A DNA stretch of 64,000 bases from Craspedostauros australis (lineage: Eukaryota): assembly GCA_030167865.1 (NCBI GenBank), contig JALAGF010003296.1, positions 62,001-126,000 on the forward strand. Reading direction: 5' to 3'. The notes beneath the pieces are model-generated. The model was given only the letters and a program-made list of their open reading frames with translations. It made no database searches and was not told the origin of the DNA. Position numbers and translations under genes: made by a program. The stretch's first letter is position 1, and every line of letters starts with the position of its first letter. Shown piece after piece: positions 1 through 12,500 of the stretch.

Positions 1-236
1 CGAATTGCCAAATCATGTTGTGCAACGTAACATGTTGGACAGAAGTGAGGCGAGGTGAGTTGAATTTACTCTACTCTTGAGAGCAATTGTGTTGCTGTGC
101 GTTGCTGGTAGTTCTGCACAGCTGCTGTTCTGATTTGTGTAGCACAGCACAGCAGAGCACAGCACAGCAGAGCCCGCAGCACCGTACTCGTGCATCACAC
201 TGACACACCGACAAACTGACACACTGCGATGCTCAC

Positions 237-587
237 CTGGTAAATGACAACCTTTGGTTTCTCCTCCATGTGACTCAGCAACAACGTCAGCTGCTGCGCG
301 AAGATGGTCATGCAACCGCGAGGATACTCGTCATTGGGACAGAACGCCGCGGCGATCATGCAAACCACATGCGTGGAATCCCGCAGGGTCTCTTCGACGC
401 AGGAGGGATCCTCCAACGATCCATGCACGGTCGTGAGACGCGGGTGATGCGCCAGGGATCCGAGTTTGTCAGGGTTGCGCACCAAGACGGTTACACTGAT
501 GTCGTCATGGTCCTGCAAGGCGCTGCGTAGGAAGCTGCGTCCCGTGCGGCCCGTGCCGCCGAACAACGCGATGCGTTTTCGGATCAT
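237..587 (-). CDS. NAD(P)-binding Rossmann-fold protein (flavin reductase/BLVRB-like atypical SDR), first exon; gene continues beyond the left edge
   Basis: The N-terminus IALFGGTGRTG is a GxxGxxG dinucleotide-binding motif, followed by VTVLVRNPDKL and VHGSLED, typical of NAD(P)H-binding family proteins. A donor CAG|GTGAGC follows ...VVIYQ (exon ends at 237). Downstream sequence is microsatellite-rich with CTCAC branch-like sites near the window edge. Confidence 0.8.
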
Positions 588-1156
588 TTGATGATGCTGC
601 CGATGTTGATGTTGATTCTATTGATGTTGATGAGTGGGACCTACGTTGTGTGTGATATCTGTGTATGATCTTTGTGTATGATCCCTGTGCACAACTCTGA
701 TTCAAGCATTGTCCGATGAATGAGTGTGGATGCCAATGAACACAGAGAGAGAGGACGCAACGCCGAGTGGTGGCAACGTTGGCGGGAACAGAAATTTGTC
801 GAATTTTTGTCAGCAGAGAACCAACAACAAGATCGTGGCAACGAAGGCTAAGATGTCGAGAATAGAGCCTATCATCGCGCTTTCGCGTTCGCAGAACCTC
901 CAGAGTACCTAATACTCTTGAGAGCACTCTAGGCACTCTACTCGACTCAATTCCAGCATGGCAAAAGGGTGCGTCACAGCAACTACAGCATGAATCCAAC
1001 CGTGACAGAGTGCAGGTATCACTTGAATGTCTCATTGCTTGTGGAGTATACTGATGTGCTCGCACGTCCTAGTACGGCATGCCCACAACCAAACGTCTCC
1101 ACCAATGTGGAAATTTAAAGTACCCACTCCACTCGTGCCATACTCCAACGATACCA

Positions 1157-2866
1157 TCACAGATTCCGATTCATCTTTTTGGTCTGATGCACGACGCTCT
1201 TCTCCCACAGATCGTTCGTGTACTTGGCCATGCGACGGATCAGCGCGGCATCGACGTGGATGCCGATCTCCTGCACCTGCTCCAATCGTGGGATCAACCG
1301 CCGGTCGAGGCTGTACGTGAGCACGGCGGGAACAGAGATGACGAGTTGCTTGGCCTCGTCGGGTCCGATGCAGTCCTCGTAAAATAGGTAGGTGCGTTCC
1401 AAGTTCTCCACGTTCTTGCCGCAGAGGGTGGGGTTCATGAGGATGAGAGCGCTGAGGGCGGTGTCGCCATCCAGATGCAATCGATTCTGGAGCCATTCCA
1501 GGGAGGGTTCGATCGTGTTCGTTCTGGAATAGCTGAGGATGGCCGGCGAGGTCTGCATGATCTTGCTGAGCTGCTCATCGTCGAGGTTGAGACGTTCTTG
1601 CAACCACGTGAGCTTCATCTCAATGTTTTCGTCGATGCTGTACCCCAGTACCATTGGCATACGCTTGACGAGCTTGCCGAGCTGCGCCTGATCCAATTGC
1701 AATCGTTCCTCGAGGTAGCTCAATTTGCGCTTTAGATTCTCCTCCAGACTCAGCCCCAACGCTTCGGGCATGCGCTGCACGAGCTTGCTTATCTCCGTGG
1801 TGGTGCAGCCTAGCCGTTCCTGCAGGTAATCCAAGGAAGGTCCCAGATTCTCACGATCATTAAGGCCCAGCACCCACGGAAACTTCTGGACCAGCTTGGA
1901 CAGCTGTGCGTCCGTCAATTCCAACCGCTGTTGCAGAAAGGACATGCGCGTATCGAGTGTCGTCTCGTTCCATCGAAGCACTGTGGGGACCTTCTGCAAC
2001 AGCTTGGACAGATCATCGTCGGAAAGGTTGAGCCTGCATTGCATGATCTCTAACGACGGCTGCAGCTGCTTGCGAATATCCTGCTCTAGCACATGGCCAA
2101 AACCATCGATCGGTGATACGCCGACAACGAAATCCCCCAGTTTGTCCGCTGACGATACACCCATCGGCTCTATGGATGGCGTCGTCGTTCCCGTTGTTGC
2201 GGAATCAAAGTCGGCCTCGGTATCTTGGAAAATCCCATCAATGAAATCCTCCTCCAGGGGCAGCTGGATGGACCCTCCTTCCGCTTGCGCGCCACCCAAC
2301 CGCTCTTCCAACCAGGAGAGTTTGGGCAAGATATCCTCATCCAAACTCTTGGTGAGCATCTGCGGTTGCTTTAGGATCAGCCGCTTCAGCCGATCATTCT
2401 CCAACACTAGACGCAGCTGCAACCAGAACAAGACGGGCTCGATCTGCTCCTTGATGCTGAGATCCTGCAACGACAGCGACGCCCGATTCTGCAATCGTCG
2501 TTCGAGTTGCCTCAGTTCCGTCGACGACAGCTCCAGACGTTCTTGCAGCCAGGCAGCGGGGGATTCGTATGGCTCGTCACTGTCCTCGTTGCCATCATCG
2601 TCGCGTCTCCAATGAGCAGATAGCTGCAGCAGCGAAGTTGGCTGGTGTGAAGACGGTTGAAGATGCTGCGCGACTCGTCTCCTGCAGTTGCTGGATTGGG
2701 TGCTGAACGACAGGTGGTGCGTGTGTGAAGAATAAGAAAGATGAGGACAGTAGCAGTGGCCTCCACCGACAGCCTGCAATGCCTGCGTGGTGGAAACGAG
2801 AGGCAGAATCCGAAGCAACGCAGAGAGCAGCGATATCGCCAAGCAGAGCCGGCCGTTGATGCTCAT
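1157..2866 (-). CDS. mTERF-family organellar nucleic-acid-binding protein, probably plastid-targeted
   Basis: About 9 tandem ~35-aa repeats of the form L.WLQERL.L....L.KL....P.VL..S.EENL.P, and a C-terminal LTYSLDRRLIPR, which is an mTERF signature. A hydrophobic signal-like N-terminus starts at MSINGRLCLAISLL (ATG 2866). The upstream ATG at 2998 is an alternative start. Confidence 0.9.
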   Translation of the reverse strand: MSINGRLCLAISLLSALLRILPLVSTTQALQAVGGGHCYCPHLSYSSHTHHLSFSTQSSNCRRRVAQHLQPSSHQPTSLLQLSAHWRRDDDGNEDSDEPYESPAAWLQERLELSSTELRQLERRLQNRASLSLQDLSIKEQIEPVLFWLQLRLVLENDRLKRLILKQPQMLTKSLDEDILPKLSWLEERLGGAQAEGGSIQLPLEEDFIDGIFQDTEADFDSATTGTTTPSIEPMGVSSADKLGDFVVGVSPIDGFGHVLEQDIRKQLQPSLEIMQCRLNLSDDDLSKLLQKVPTVLRWNETTLDTRMSFLQQRLELTDAQLSKLVQKFPWVLGLNDRENLGPSLDYLQERLGCTTTEISKLVQRMPEALGLSLEENLKRKLSYLEERLQLDQAQLGKLVKRMPMVLGYSIDENIEMKLTWLQERLNLDDEQLSKIMQTSPAILSYSRTNTIEPSLEWLQNRLHLDGDTALSALILMNPTLCGKNVENLERTYLFYEDCIGPDEAKQLVISVPAVLTYSLDRRLIPRLEQVQEIGIHVDAALIRRMAKYTNDLWEKSVVHQTKKMNRNL

Positions 2867-3467
2867 GGTCAGCGCTCGACTGATACTGTGCGACTGCTGT
2901 CTAGATGCTGTCTGGATGTTCAACGGATACTGAATAAGCACTGCCGTGAGCGCAACGATGATACTCTTCCCCTGTGGTTGTCGGCAGAATAGCAACATTC
3001 ATGCTCGTACTCGTGCTCGTTCGACTGCAAGGTATAATACGATCAAGCACAGGAACAACACATCAAGCAAGTTGTTCTGTGCGATCCGCCAACTGACGTG
3101 TGGTTTTTGTGGTGTCGGATTTTGATTGATTTCATGCTCAGTCACGAGTTCAGCGCAATGAACCGTGACTCACGTACAAGTACAACCTCTCTTGGCATTT
3201 TTCGCGGCCGCGGTGACGGCGATCTCCGCATTTCTGCTCCTCCGCAGACACAACTCAATCCTCTCCAGAGCAATCTCTCTGTCGACTCCTTTCTTTTGTA
3301 TCCTTGCTGTTTCGATTTATTATGTGTTTACCTATGATATGTTACCTTTGTTTGTTTCGTGCGAGCAGCGAGGAGGAAGCTGGTGATGCACATCCGATAT
3401 TGGCTTCTTGGACTCTCGCCCCATTTCTGTTGTCCTCTTGTGCTGCGTCCGCCCTGCACGAGGGAGT

Positions 3468-6326
3468 TTAATCCACCTTGACGTTGGCAAAGATGGCGCG
3501 GACGAACCGATTCGCCGAGGAGTATCCCAGCGTACCGCAGAGCAGACCGAGGTTGATGGAGATCAGCGCCATGTAACCGAAGTAGAAGCATGTCTGCAGG
3601 AAGCCGTGCATCTGCGTCTTGAAGAGGAAGTAGTAGACGCCGTAGAGGAACACGTAGGCGGCGGTCGATGCACCGGATCCGAAGGCGGTCCACTGCCACA
3701 GGTAGTTCTCGGCATTCAAGCAGAAATAGACGACGATGATGGACGTCATTCCGACCACGATGGTCAGGATGCAGTACACGCCGAAGAGGAAGCCGTACAC
3801 GTGGTAAAACTTGTAGTTCCACAATGAGGTCAGGACGTAGTACAGCTCAATGAAGATGGATCCGAACGACAGGAGTCCTGCGAGTGGAATCAAGCCGGAT
3901 GGCTTTCCGTACCACGGGACATCCTCTGGGATTGGTCGCGGGATGGCGTTGACGCGGCATGGGAAGACGGTGGTCGATGCGGCTGAAGCGGAGCCACCGG
4001 CACCCACGGTCACCTTGCTGGTGTGACGCCCGAGGAGGGTGCCGACGATGCAGAGTGGGACAGTGACAAAGATCCACAGGAAGAAGAGCTTCAGGATCAC
4101 CATGAATGGGATCGTGTTGATGGTTCCGTACGAGATGGACACCAAGTTGAGCAACGCCAGGATGAAGACTGTGACGGAAGGAAGGAGAAGCACCGTGAGC
4201 CCCATGGCGGCCTGCCAGAGACTGTTCATTGCTGCGGTGTCGCCGCCGCTGGTCCTGCGTGGCATGGTCGAGAAGTAGTCCTTGAAGAGCCTTCCGGAGG
4301 TGTAACCGGCAAGGATGGACGAGAAGGAGTAGCAGAAGATGATGGATTGCATGACCTCGCCACGTTCCTCGTGCACCTCTCCATGGACTGGTCCCAGGAC
4401 GGCGAACACGATGACGCCCAAGGTAAGGATGATCAACTGCCAACCAGTTCCGACGAGAGCAGCAAACAAGGGCAACCACATTGGCGCGCGGAAGACATCT
4501 CCGTGGACCTGCTTCCAGCCTGCGTCCTCGACCTTTTCACCTGTGAGACCTTCCTTCTCACCGTCGTCATCCATAAGGCCATCCTCAAGGTCTTGCACGA
4601 TTCCGTAGCGGGCGTAGTCCTTCTTGAGCGTGCGGAGCAAGATGAGCGCGACAAGTCCCATGAGGAAGAGGACCATCATGAAGGAGTTGAAGATGGAGAA
4701 CCAATGAATGGGATGCTTGAAGAATTCATGGTCGAGGTAGCGATCGAATCGGCTGTGGAAGAGCTTGTCGGTCTTTTCGAACTCAATGGTGAGGGTGAAG
4801 GTGTACTCCTTGTCAAGCTCGATTGGTTTGAGGGATTCCGGGTCGGAGGTGAGGTCGACCTCGACGATCTGGTCGCCGTTGTAGCTGATCTTGAGATGGC
4901 GGTTGGTGTAGACGAATGGGTGCAAGTGTGACTTGGCAACATCCGCATCCGACATGTCCTTCATGTGATCCAAACGGGCAAGATCATCCTTCTCGGAGGT
5001 TTTGAACTGCTTCTCGGTCTCGATCATCTCTCCGACCATTCCCCACACCGGCAAGTCGTCGAGGTACATTTGGTAGAACCATCTGTGCTGGATGGCCTTG
5101 GTGAAGTGCTCCACCATGTAGGGCCTGATGAGCTTGGTTGTGCAGGATTCCTGCTTGTTGTTGCTGTCGATAAAGAGGATGTCATGGCCGGAATGTCTCA
5201 GCGCATGCCCTCCACCGAGGTGCTCTCCCATGCTGTGCACCTTCCACTCATTGAAGCGTCCCGTGCCTCCCGTGGTTTCGGGATGGTGCTTTGTCTGCGG
5301 TGCGCAGTATGGCAGGGTGTAGTATTCGTAAGCCTCCTGGGGGTTGGCGTATGGTCCAACCTGTGTTTGGGATCGTTGTCGTGATTGTCGTCATTATGGT
5401 CATCGTTGGTGGTGGGGGTGGTGGTGAAATTGGGGAAGAGCCCAAAAGGCGCCAGAGTATTGGCATCAACAGGATTGTCCAAGAGATGTCCAGGGGATGT
5501 GCATTTGTTGTTTCGTCGGTTCGTTTATTTTGACAATTGTGTGCAATCAATGGAGTGTTCGATCCGAAGGAAGAAGATGAAGTCCCATTTGCCAAAGTGC
5601 CGATGCCAGTTGCATTCACCGGAACATGTGATTGCGTGTCCGTTTCGTCAATTCATGATCATCACGTGCAGTTAGCCATCGTCGGTTGTTGCAGCGTGGG
5701 TAGAGTGGTTGTAGAGCAGTTGTGTATGTGTGTGTGTGTGTGTGGGTGGTCGATGGATGAGTATATGTACCAATGATAGATGGATAGATCGATTGATAGA
5801 TCGATTGATAGGAGGAAGGTGAGAATCAAAATGGCAGATGGGTCATTCGTTCTTGAGCTCAGAATGGTGCCAAATTGGTATTTGTGAACAAACCAATCAG
5901 GTGATGACGGTGTTACACTGCACATAGTCTCGCCTGTCGAAGATGGCGGGAGATGGCGTTCACGGTTATTCCGTGTTCATACCGCTCCATTCCATTGCAC
6001 TCCATTCCATTGTATTGCATCCCGTTCCTTTCCTACACCACCACGCTCCGAGTCCCCCATGCCGTGCTGCCATTCCACACTGCCTTTACATGATGCTTTG
6101 GCGCTGCCACGCCTGACATCGCACAATGTCGCATTGGACTGACTCAACCGAAACCAAACCAAATTCTCGCGCGCAATCTTGTCTACGCCGCTGTTCGTAC
6201 CTTGTTGACCCACAGCTCAACATGATCGCCTTGCTTGTATTTGTGCGTGTACGAATCGGCATCGGCCATGGAGAAGAGCGCTGCCGCGCTGATCGCCGCA
6301 ACGGCCGTCTTGGATATCCCTCTCAT
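3468..6326 (-). CDS. Transmembrane 9 superfamily protein (nonaspanin/EMP70, TM9SF3-like); exons 6326-6201 and 5360-3468
   Basis: Exon 1 encodes a signal peptide and HKYKQGDHVELWVNK, with donor AAG|GTACGA. Acceptor ACACAG|GTT resumes VGPYANPQEAYEYYTLPYC in frame. Hallmarks IHWFSIFNS, GWKQVHGDVFR, PCRVNAIPRPIP and C-terminal NVKVD (KxD/E motif) are present. Confidence 0.96.
5361..6200 (-). other. Spliceosomal intron (840 bp) of the TM9SF gene
   Basis: GT...AG boundaries, phase 0. Splicing restores the conserved WVNK|VGPY motif. Contains (CA)n, (CTAT/CGAT)n and (GGAAT)n simple repeats. Confidence 0.9.
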
Positions 6327-6812
6327 GGTGGTGTTTGCTATCTTGCGATTTGTGGCTCTCTTGTCGATGTTCGTGCCTTCTCTCTTGCTTGGTTTCTCGT
6401 TGTGGTTGCTTTTTGTCTTGGTTGGTGCTGTTTTCTCTCGACGCCAACAGAGCAACGAACAACAAACAATGACCCGTGACAGTCACCAGTGCACGAATCA
6501 CCCAAACTTCAAGACAAACAGACGCAAATCGCTGATTGAGTCATGCATGCCAAGGAGCAAACTCACCCAATGTGACCGTTGAGTTCATGATTCATTCACA
6601 ATACGGGACTGAACTCGAAAGTTGGCCACCCACAAGCTACGGGTACCAACAGAGAGGACGGCTATGAGTATAGTACGGAGACATGGACGTACTATTACTA
6701 CGCGCAGGATCACTGCTTCCACCAGGGATACTCGCCCATATAATATGTAGCATTGCTCCTTCAGATGCAGTCTCTCTGCTCTGCTCGCTGGTGTACTCTC
6801 CTCTACTCTGCT

Positions 6813-8738
6813 CTACTTCGCATTTCGGATCGACTGGGGCAGGGCCTGGCACTGCAGATCGGACTTGCTGGGATTCAACATGAAGGCAGCGATATGATGC
6901 ATCGCACCGGCGAAGGAAAAGTGACTGTCGCGATAGGTCCGAATGCGCCTTTCTGTGTCGCGTATTCGATCGAAGCTCCAGCTGGTATTCTGCGGCAGCA
7001 GCTCCTCGGCCACCAACTTTCGCACGTCATGAAAGGGGACGGACAGGACGAGCTGCTCGCGTTCAAGGAAGTCGGCGTACGGCATCCATGCAATGTCGGA
7101 GTACACGTGGATGGGGATCAATCCCATCTGCAGCGTCTCCATGAGATGGTACGATGTACGTCCATATCCGCGCGGGGACAAGGAGAAGCACGAGGTGGCC
7201 ATGTACCGTCTCCACGTCGGTCCTTCGTGGTACACGAACGGCCGCAGGCTGTTGTCGTGTGCTGGGGTGGCGAGGTTGAGCTGGGAGAGCTGCGTGACCA
7301 TGCGGTTTCTCATGTGCCGCGGAGCATGCATGCGGCTGCCGACGTAGGATGCCACGTACATGCGATCGGCAGGGTCCTTGTACACCGCGGTCTGATGCCG
7401 TTTGCCCACATTCCCAGTATGCGGCTGCGTTGCTTTGGATGCTGCTGTTGCGTTTGGTAAGGCATCCTCTGGTTGCTTCAGCAGCGGGATTGGGACATGA
7501 CCGAAGCCGCCGGCTGACAGAACGAGGACGTTGGGGATGCGAAACATCGAGAACTTGGGAACGCGGGATAGCAACCCTTCCGCATTCTGCACCACCACGA
7601 TGTACGGCACCGCGGGTCTCAGCACGGTTCGCAAGGTCGGCCACAGATCGTCTGGGTATTGCCGCCCCGCATGCATCCAGTGATCGGTCCATGGCAGGAA
7701 GATCGGGACGTATGGTCCGAAGAATTCGTGCAGACAAAATTGGGATGACTCCTCAGACGCTGTTGCACCGCCGATCCTGTCATCGTACATGGTCTCGAAG
7801 TGTGAGATGAAATGATTCTCAATCCACGGACCTGCGTACTTGGCTGCTGCGTGGTATCTGAATGCATCGTGCTGACCCCATTGCGACATGGTAGACCGGA
7901 TCTCGTTGAAATGTGCATGGGCATCGGAAATCGGATACGCCAGAGAGTTTGGTTGCAGCTGCAGCGAGCTCTTTTTGAGGCATTCGTATGCAGGGCCCAG
8001 CAACGTGGCGACAGCTGCTTGAGCGTTTGGATCCACCGAACATTGCGAGTCCAGTCGCGCAGATGCATCCACAGCTCTTTGCACCTTGTCCTTGTACCGT
8101 TTCAGCGCTTCGCGTTGAATGTCGTCATGCCCTCCATCGTTGCTTCCATCGCGGCCATCTGTTGTCGCTGTCCTTGCGGTGGTCGATGCGTTTACTGCTT
8201 GGCTTGCCGCCATTTTCTGCTGTTGTTCTGCCTCACTTCGAGTCTGCATTTCTGGTGATGTTGGGCGTGGGGATGGCGCAGCATGCTGCCCTGCCTTCTG
8301 ATGCTGTGCGTGAGGTGCTGACGCCTGCGCAGACGCCGATGGTGAACCGGAACCCCCACCATCTGTTCGTGTGGCAAGCAATGGCGAATCCATCCTCCTC
8401 GTGCTGTTGAGCACCAGAGTAACGATCAGTAAGATCGACAGACAAACCCGCCAGCCCTTGCGACGCATCTGCATCAGAGAAGGAGCGTTTGATGCGACGA
8501 ATGAGGCCACGGCGAACCCAGCTGCAGCAGTCGTCCCTGTTGGGTTGGCTTGGGACGATGCATGGTGGAAACCACCCCCCTTCTGATCGCTGTTGCTCTC
8601 TTCGCCATGTTGATTTGTATTTGCGGCGTTCCTTCTGTTGCGATTGCCGTTGGCTGTGCCACTTTCGGTGGCCGTCATGGAAGTCAGCGTGACGTCGTGC
8701 GCATGTTGCCGATCCTTCATCGACTCGCCCACGACCAT
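6813..8738 (-). CDS. Exostosin-like (GT47-type) glycosyltransferase, type II membrane protein
   Basis: A single TM (WRVCLSILLIVTLVL) is followed by a low-complexity stem. The C-terminal YMATSCFSLSPRGYGRTSYHLMETLQMGLIPIHV matches the GT47 F.L.P.G....S.R..E....G.IPV motif. The start is uncertain (ATG 8738 chosen; the frame is open to 9125). Confidence 0.75.
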   Translation of the reverse strand: MVVGESMKDRQHAHDVTLTSMTATESGTANGNRNRRNAANTNQHGEESNSDQKGGGFHHASSQANPTGTTAAAGFAVASFVASNAPSLMQMRRKGWRVCLSILLIVTLVLNSTRRMDSPLLATRTDGGGSGSPSASAQASAPHAQHQKAGQHAAPSPRPTSPEMQTRSEAEQQQKMAASQAVNASTTARTATTDGRDGSNDGGHDDIQREALKRYKDKVQRAVDASARLDSQCSVDPNAQAAVATLLGPAYECLKKSSLQLQPNSLAYPISDAHAHFNEIRSTMSQWGQHDAFRYHAAAKYAGPWIENHFISHFETMYDDRIGGATASEESSQFCLHEFFGPYVPIFLPWTDHWMHAGRQYPDDLWPTLRTVLRPAVPYIVVVQNAEGLLSRVPKFSMFRIPNVLVLSAGGFGHVPIPLLKQPEDALPNATAASKATQPHTGNVGKRHQTAVYKDPADRMYVASYVGSRMHAPRHMRNRMVTQLSQLNLATPAHDNSLRPFVYHEGPTWRRYMATSCFSLSPRGYGRTSYHLMETLQMGLIPIHVYSDIAWMPYADFLEREQLVLSVPFHDVRKLVAEELLPQNTSWSFDRIRDTERRIRTYRDSHFSFAGAMHHIAAFMLNPSKSDLQCQALPQSIRNAK

Positions 8739-9538
8739 TTCTCGAACCTTTGCTCTCTCGCGCGCCACGCCTCGGCATTTAGCAGCGTGAGCAGATGGGT
8801 ATTGATGCCACGGGCTCAGCTCAGCTCGGTTCGGCCCGATACGTTCCCGCACAGCGCGATGCGGCGCGGTACGGTGTGGTGCTGTCCACCTCTGTGTATT
8901 ATCTCTTTCGTTCGACGAAGGACGCAACGAGAGATTAGGCCAGCGGGTTGCTGGTACGAGCAATAGTATGGTATAGGATCGTATTATACGAGTTATTATA
9001 GTAATACGACCTATGCCATCGTCGATGCTTCCCTTTGTGCTCTGTCCGAGTCTGTTCGCTCTCTCGTTTGTTGGTCTCCGGCACCCTTGTGTGGTGTGGG
9101 TGTCTTGTTTTTGAAATGAGAACACCAGTCACCCATCAACGAAGACATGTCTGACGAATCACGTATCCAATCCCGCAAAGCAACGTAAACTTCATGTTCT
9201 AATGAAGAACAAGAGTCATGTGATGTTTCCAGAGATCTTGTTGGTGGTAGCGCATTATATTACACAATACTATATTACAATATATCATATGATATCATAC
9301 TCTGCTCTGTAGTCGTAACCTGACCGAGTATCACATCCCATCCCATCGTGATCTCGTCATCCCCTCTTGAATCACTCGTTGATGCCGAGACTTTGAAGCT
9401 GAGTGTGCATACTGACTTTGTTTGGAACGTCTCTATCCCCAACAGCATGTGGCGCATGTGGAAGTACATCAAGAGAGTGTACCATATGGTATTGCACTTC
9501 TCCCCTTCATCCCGGTATACTTGTAGCACTTGAGAGTA

Positions 9539-12500
9539 CTACAGGTCTGCTCGATCTTTGCGGCGCTTGCAACATAGATTCCAGATCATCACCAACAGCA
9601 GCATCCAAAAAAGCGCGAAGATCGTGATCCACAATCCCAGAGGGACGGATTGCCCCAGCTGCAGGTATCCTCTGTCGGAAGATGTATCGGTACTGTTGTT
9701 GTTTGCAGCATCATCGCTGGTTGGACCCCCACCAACACCTCGTTGGCCATCATCATCGCTGCGCATGCCATCAACATCAGCGTCGTCTGCAACATCACGA
9801 TTCACCTGCAGCACGAAATCGCCCGTGGTATCTGAATCAGCTCCGTACACCAAGATGAAGTACTCCGCACCGGGACGGCTGTTCCATGTGAACTCCCCCA
9901 GAGGTGCCTGCGGCGTCCATTGCTGCGGTAGGTCCTGTTCGTCACCTCCCGATCCTCCGAGCGTGATTTCTCCATTCGACGATGATGGCGACGCCAAGCT
10001 TTGAACGCTTGACGATTGGTCTGAGCATGTCGCATTCAGGGAAGTCCCAAACACGCATCCAAGGTCAAAGCACGTGCCCGACAGTACGGAGATGATGGGT
10101 CGGAAGCCATCCGATGCTGCACATGCCGATGCTGTCATGTTTCCGCCTGTACCGACAATCCGGAACCAGGTGACGGGACTCTTCGGATGATGGTACTGAC
10201 AGAAGGAGCCCCGTTCGTAGTATCGTGACGATCGCGTCGAGCCCTCCATCACCACGCTGCGTCTGAAGCTGCGTCGTGAGAGTGCTGTGCTGCCGCTCGT
10301 CGCTGATGAAGCACCATCGGGTACCTTGCCTTGGGTGTCTCCCCCGCCACTCCTGCCATCACTACCATCGACATCACCATGGTCGTCGGCAAAAAGATCC
10401 ACAGCTGATCGACAAACACGTCCCGTGTCGCTCTCCCCCATATGCAAACGATAGTCGTCTTCCGTGCCTTCTGGAGACTGCACGTGCAGATAGTATCGCT
10501 GCGATGGGATGGAGGACCAAACCACAAGCCTGCAGACATCTTGCGCGCTTTGGTACGCCATGCACTTCAAACCTCCACAGGAGTCCCCCTGATACACGGA
10601 GACGCGGACGTCGGCCGTGGATCCCGTCTGGTCAGCGCTGTTGAAGTTGCACAGCGTTGCCGACAAGGTTTTGCCGTTGCCTTCGACCCAGTACCAGACT
10701 CCCGGCGATGAGACCCGGCTTGCTTCAGACTGTGCCAGGCTGAGATCGTCGACGATGATGCCGCACGAAGGTGGAACGATGCTCTCGTCGGAGGTAGCGT
10801 TGACAGTCGTGCCGCTGACAGAGACCATGCCTGGTTGCAGCGGCCCCTCGGCGTGCACGCATTGATCGTTGGACATGTTGGACTCATCGATTTCGAGGAT
10901 GAAGTCACCGACGTCGAACTGTGTGGTTCCATGGACGAAGATGTGGTATGTCACATCTTTCTTCGTTTGGACATACGTGATGCTTCCGTGACCCGAAGAA
11001 GCATCTGGACAGCTATCGAATTGAGTTGAGACACACGACAGATCATTGCAAGCGTTTGCAAAGTCGGCCCGTGCCCCAGCATCGCTGTTGCTGTCGCTAC
11101 CACTATCGATCTTGTTGTCAACGAGGCTTCCGTTCGTTTCAGAATTATCACTGTCGGTAAAGACGCTGATCCTCGCACCGAAATCGGTGCTGCTGTGACA
11201 AGTGGAGAGAGACAACGATCCGCCTGTTCCTGCAAACGAGTACCATGCTCCGTTGGTTGGAATGTTCTCGTTCTGTGCACATGTAGGAAGGTGGCTTTGC
11301 CCAACCTCCCAATCTGTTGCCCCAACGGTCGAAGATTCAATGCGATAGGCGGCGTCATCGATGGTTTCATCGTTGTCCGCGATGGTCGGCGACGTGGTGG
11401 TCGTGGTTGTAAGATTGAGCTGGAGCGGACCAATCGAGCGCTCGCAGGTGTCGTTTGGAACGAAGGGATCGATGGACAGTGCAAATCCGCCACCTCGATC
11501 ATTTGGTGATATCTGGCGCACCAAAATGTAGTAGGGCTGCAATGCGGTAGTTTGCCACACCGCAAATGCCTCACAATTGTCTGACATCGCAGGATTCGAC
11601 GGTGATATTGACGACGACGACAGCAGCGATGATGAAGATCCGACGCACGTCAGATCATCGTCGCATGCACCTTGAAAGATGAAGATTTCCACCGCGACGC
11701 CGGCTTGGCACACGGAGGCAAGGGCTGGGTTGCCCGTTCCTTCCACATGATACCAAACACCGACGCTTTGCGTATTGTTGTCGCCGTTGCGAATGGGACA
11801 CGCCGTTTGGATGCCCATTCCTTGTGATTCCTGCCAGATGTCTTCCATGGTGGCACGCAGCGTGGTGCCATATGTGACGGAACCATCCTTGATGGATATC
11901 GGCCCGATGGCATCCGCGCAGAAGTCGTTGACAGGTGCTTGGGCCGTCGCGGCAACACCACGGGACGGAGAGTTGGCATCCCAGTACAAGTACACCAAGA
12001 AAATCAACGCGATGAGACTGATAACTCCCATCACACACGCACACTGCTTCACCATGCTCCTACAATTCCATTTGAAGGGCTTGCGTCGTTGGAGGTCGGG
12101 TGATTGGCGTCCTGTAGATTCAATGGGCGGTTCGGTGCTGCTCGACGTCGACAGAAGATCCATGTTGCCTATCATGATGAGAGATCCGTTGGATCCACTT
12201 TCAACGTCCGATGATTGGCTGCAGCCATTTTGGTCTGTACCGGTCTCGCTGCTGCTCGCGTTGGAGGAGACCTTGTCGTCCATGAAGGATGGGGCGAAGA
12301 GGTCTATGTCCTGCTGCGGTGCGCTGTTGTAGAGGGTGTTGCGTGCTGTGATGGCGTCGATGGCTTTGAACTTGCTGTACCGACTCTTCTTCAGGATGGA
12401 CTTGGTCTGCTGCTGTGGTGGGCTGTTTTGGCCGTTGCTGTTGTTGCTGCTGTTCTTGGTACTGGTACTGGTAATGCTGCTGCTGGTCATGTTCTTCTTG

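Noticed and set aside
8739..9125. N-terminal extension of the GT47 ORF from a TTG start
   Set aside because: Non-ATG start and microsatellite-like content (TAPHRTAPHR); more likely 5' UTR or promoter.
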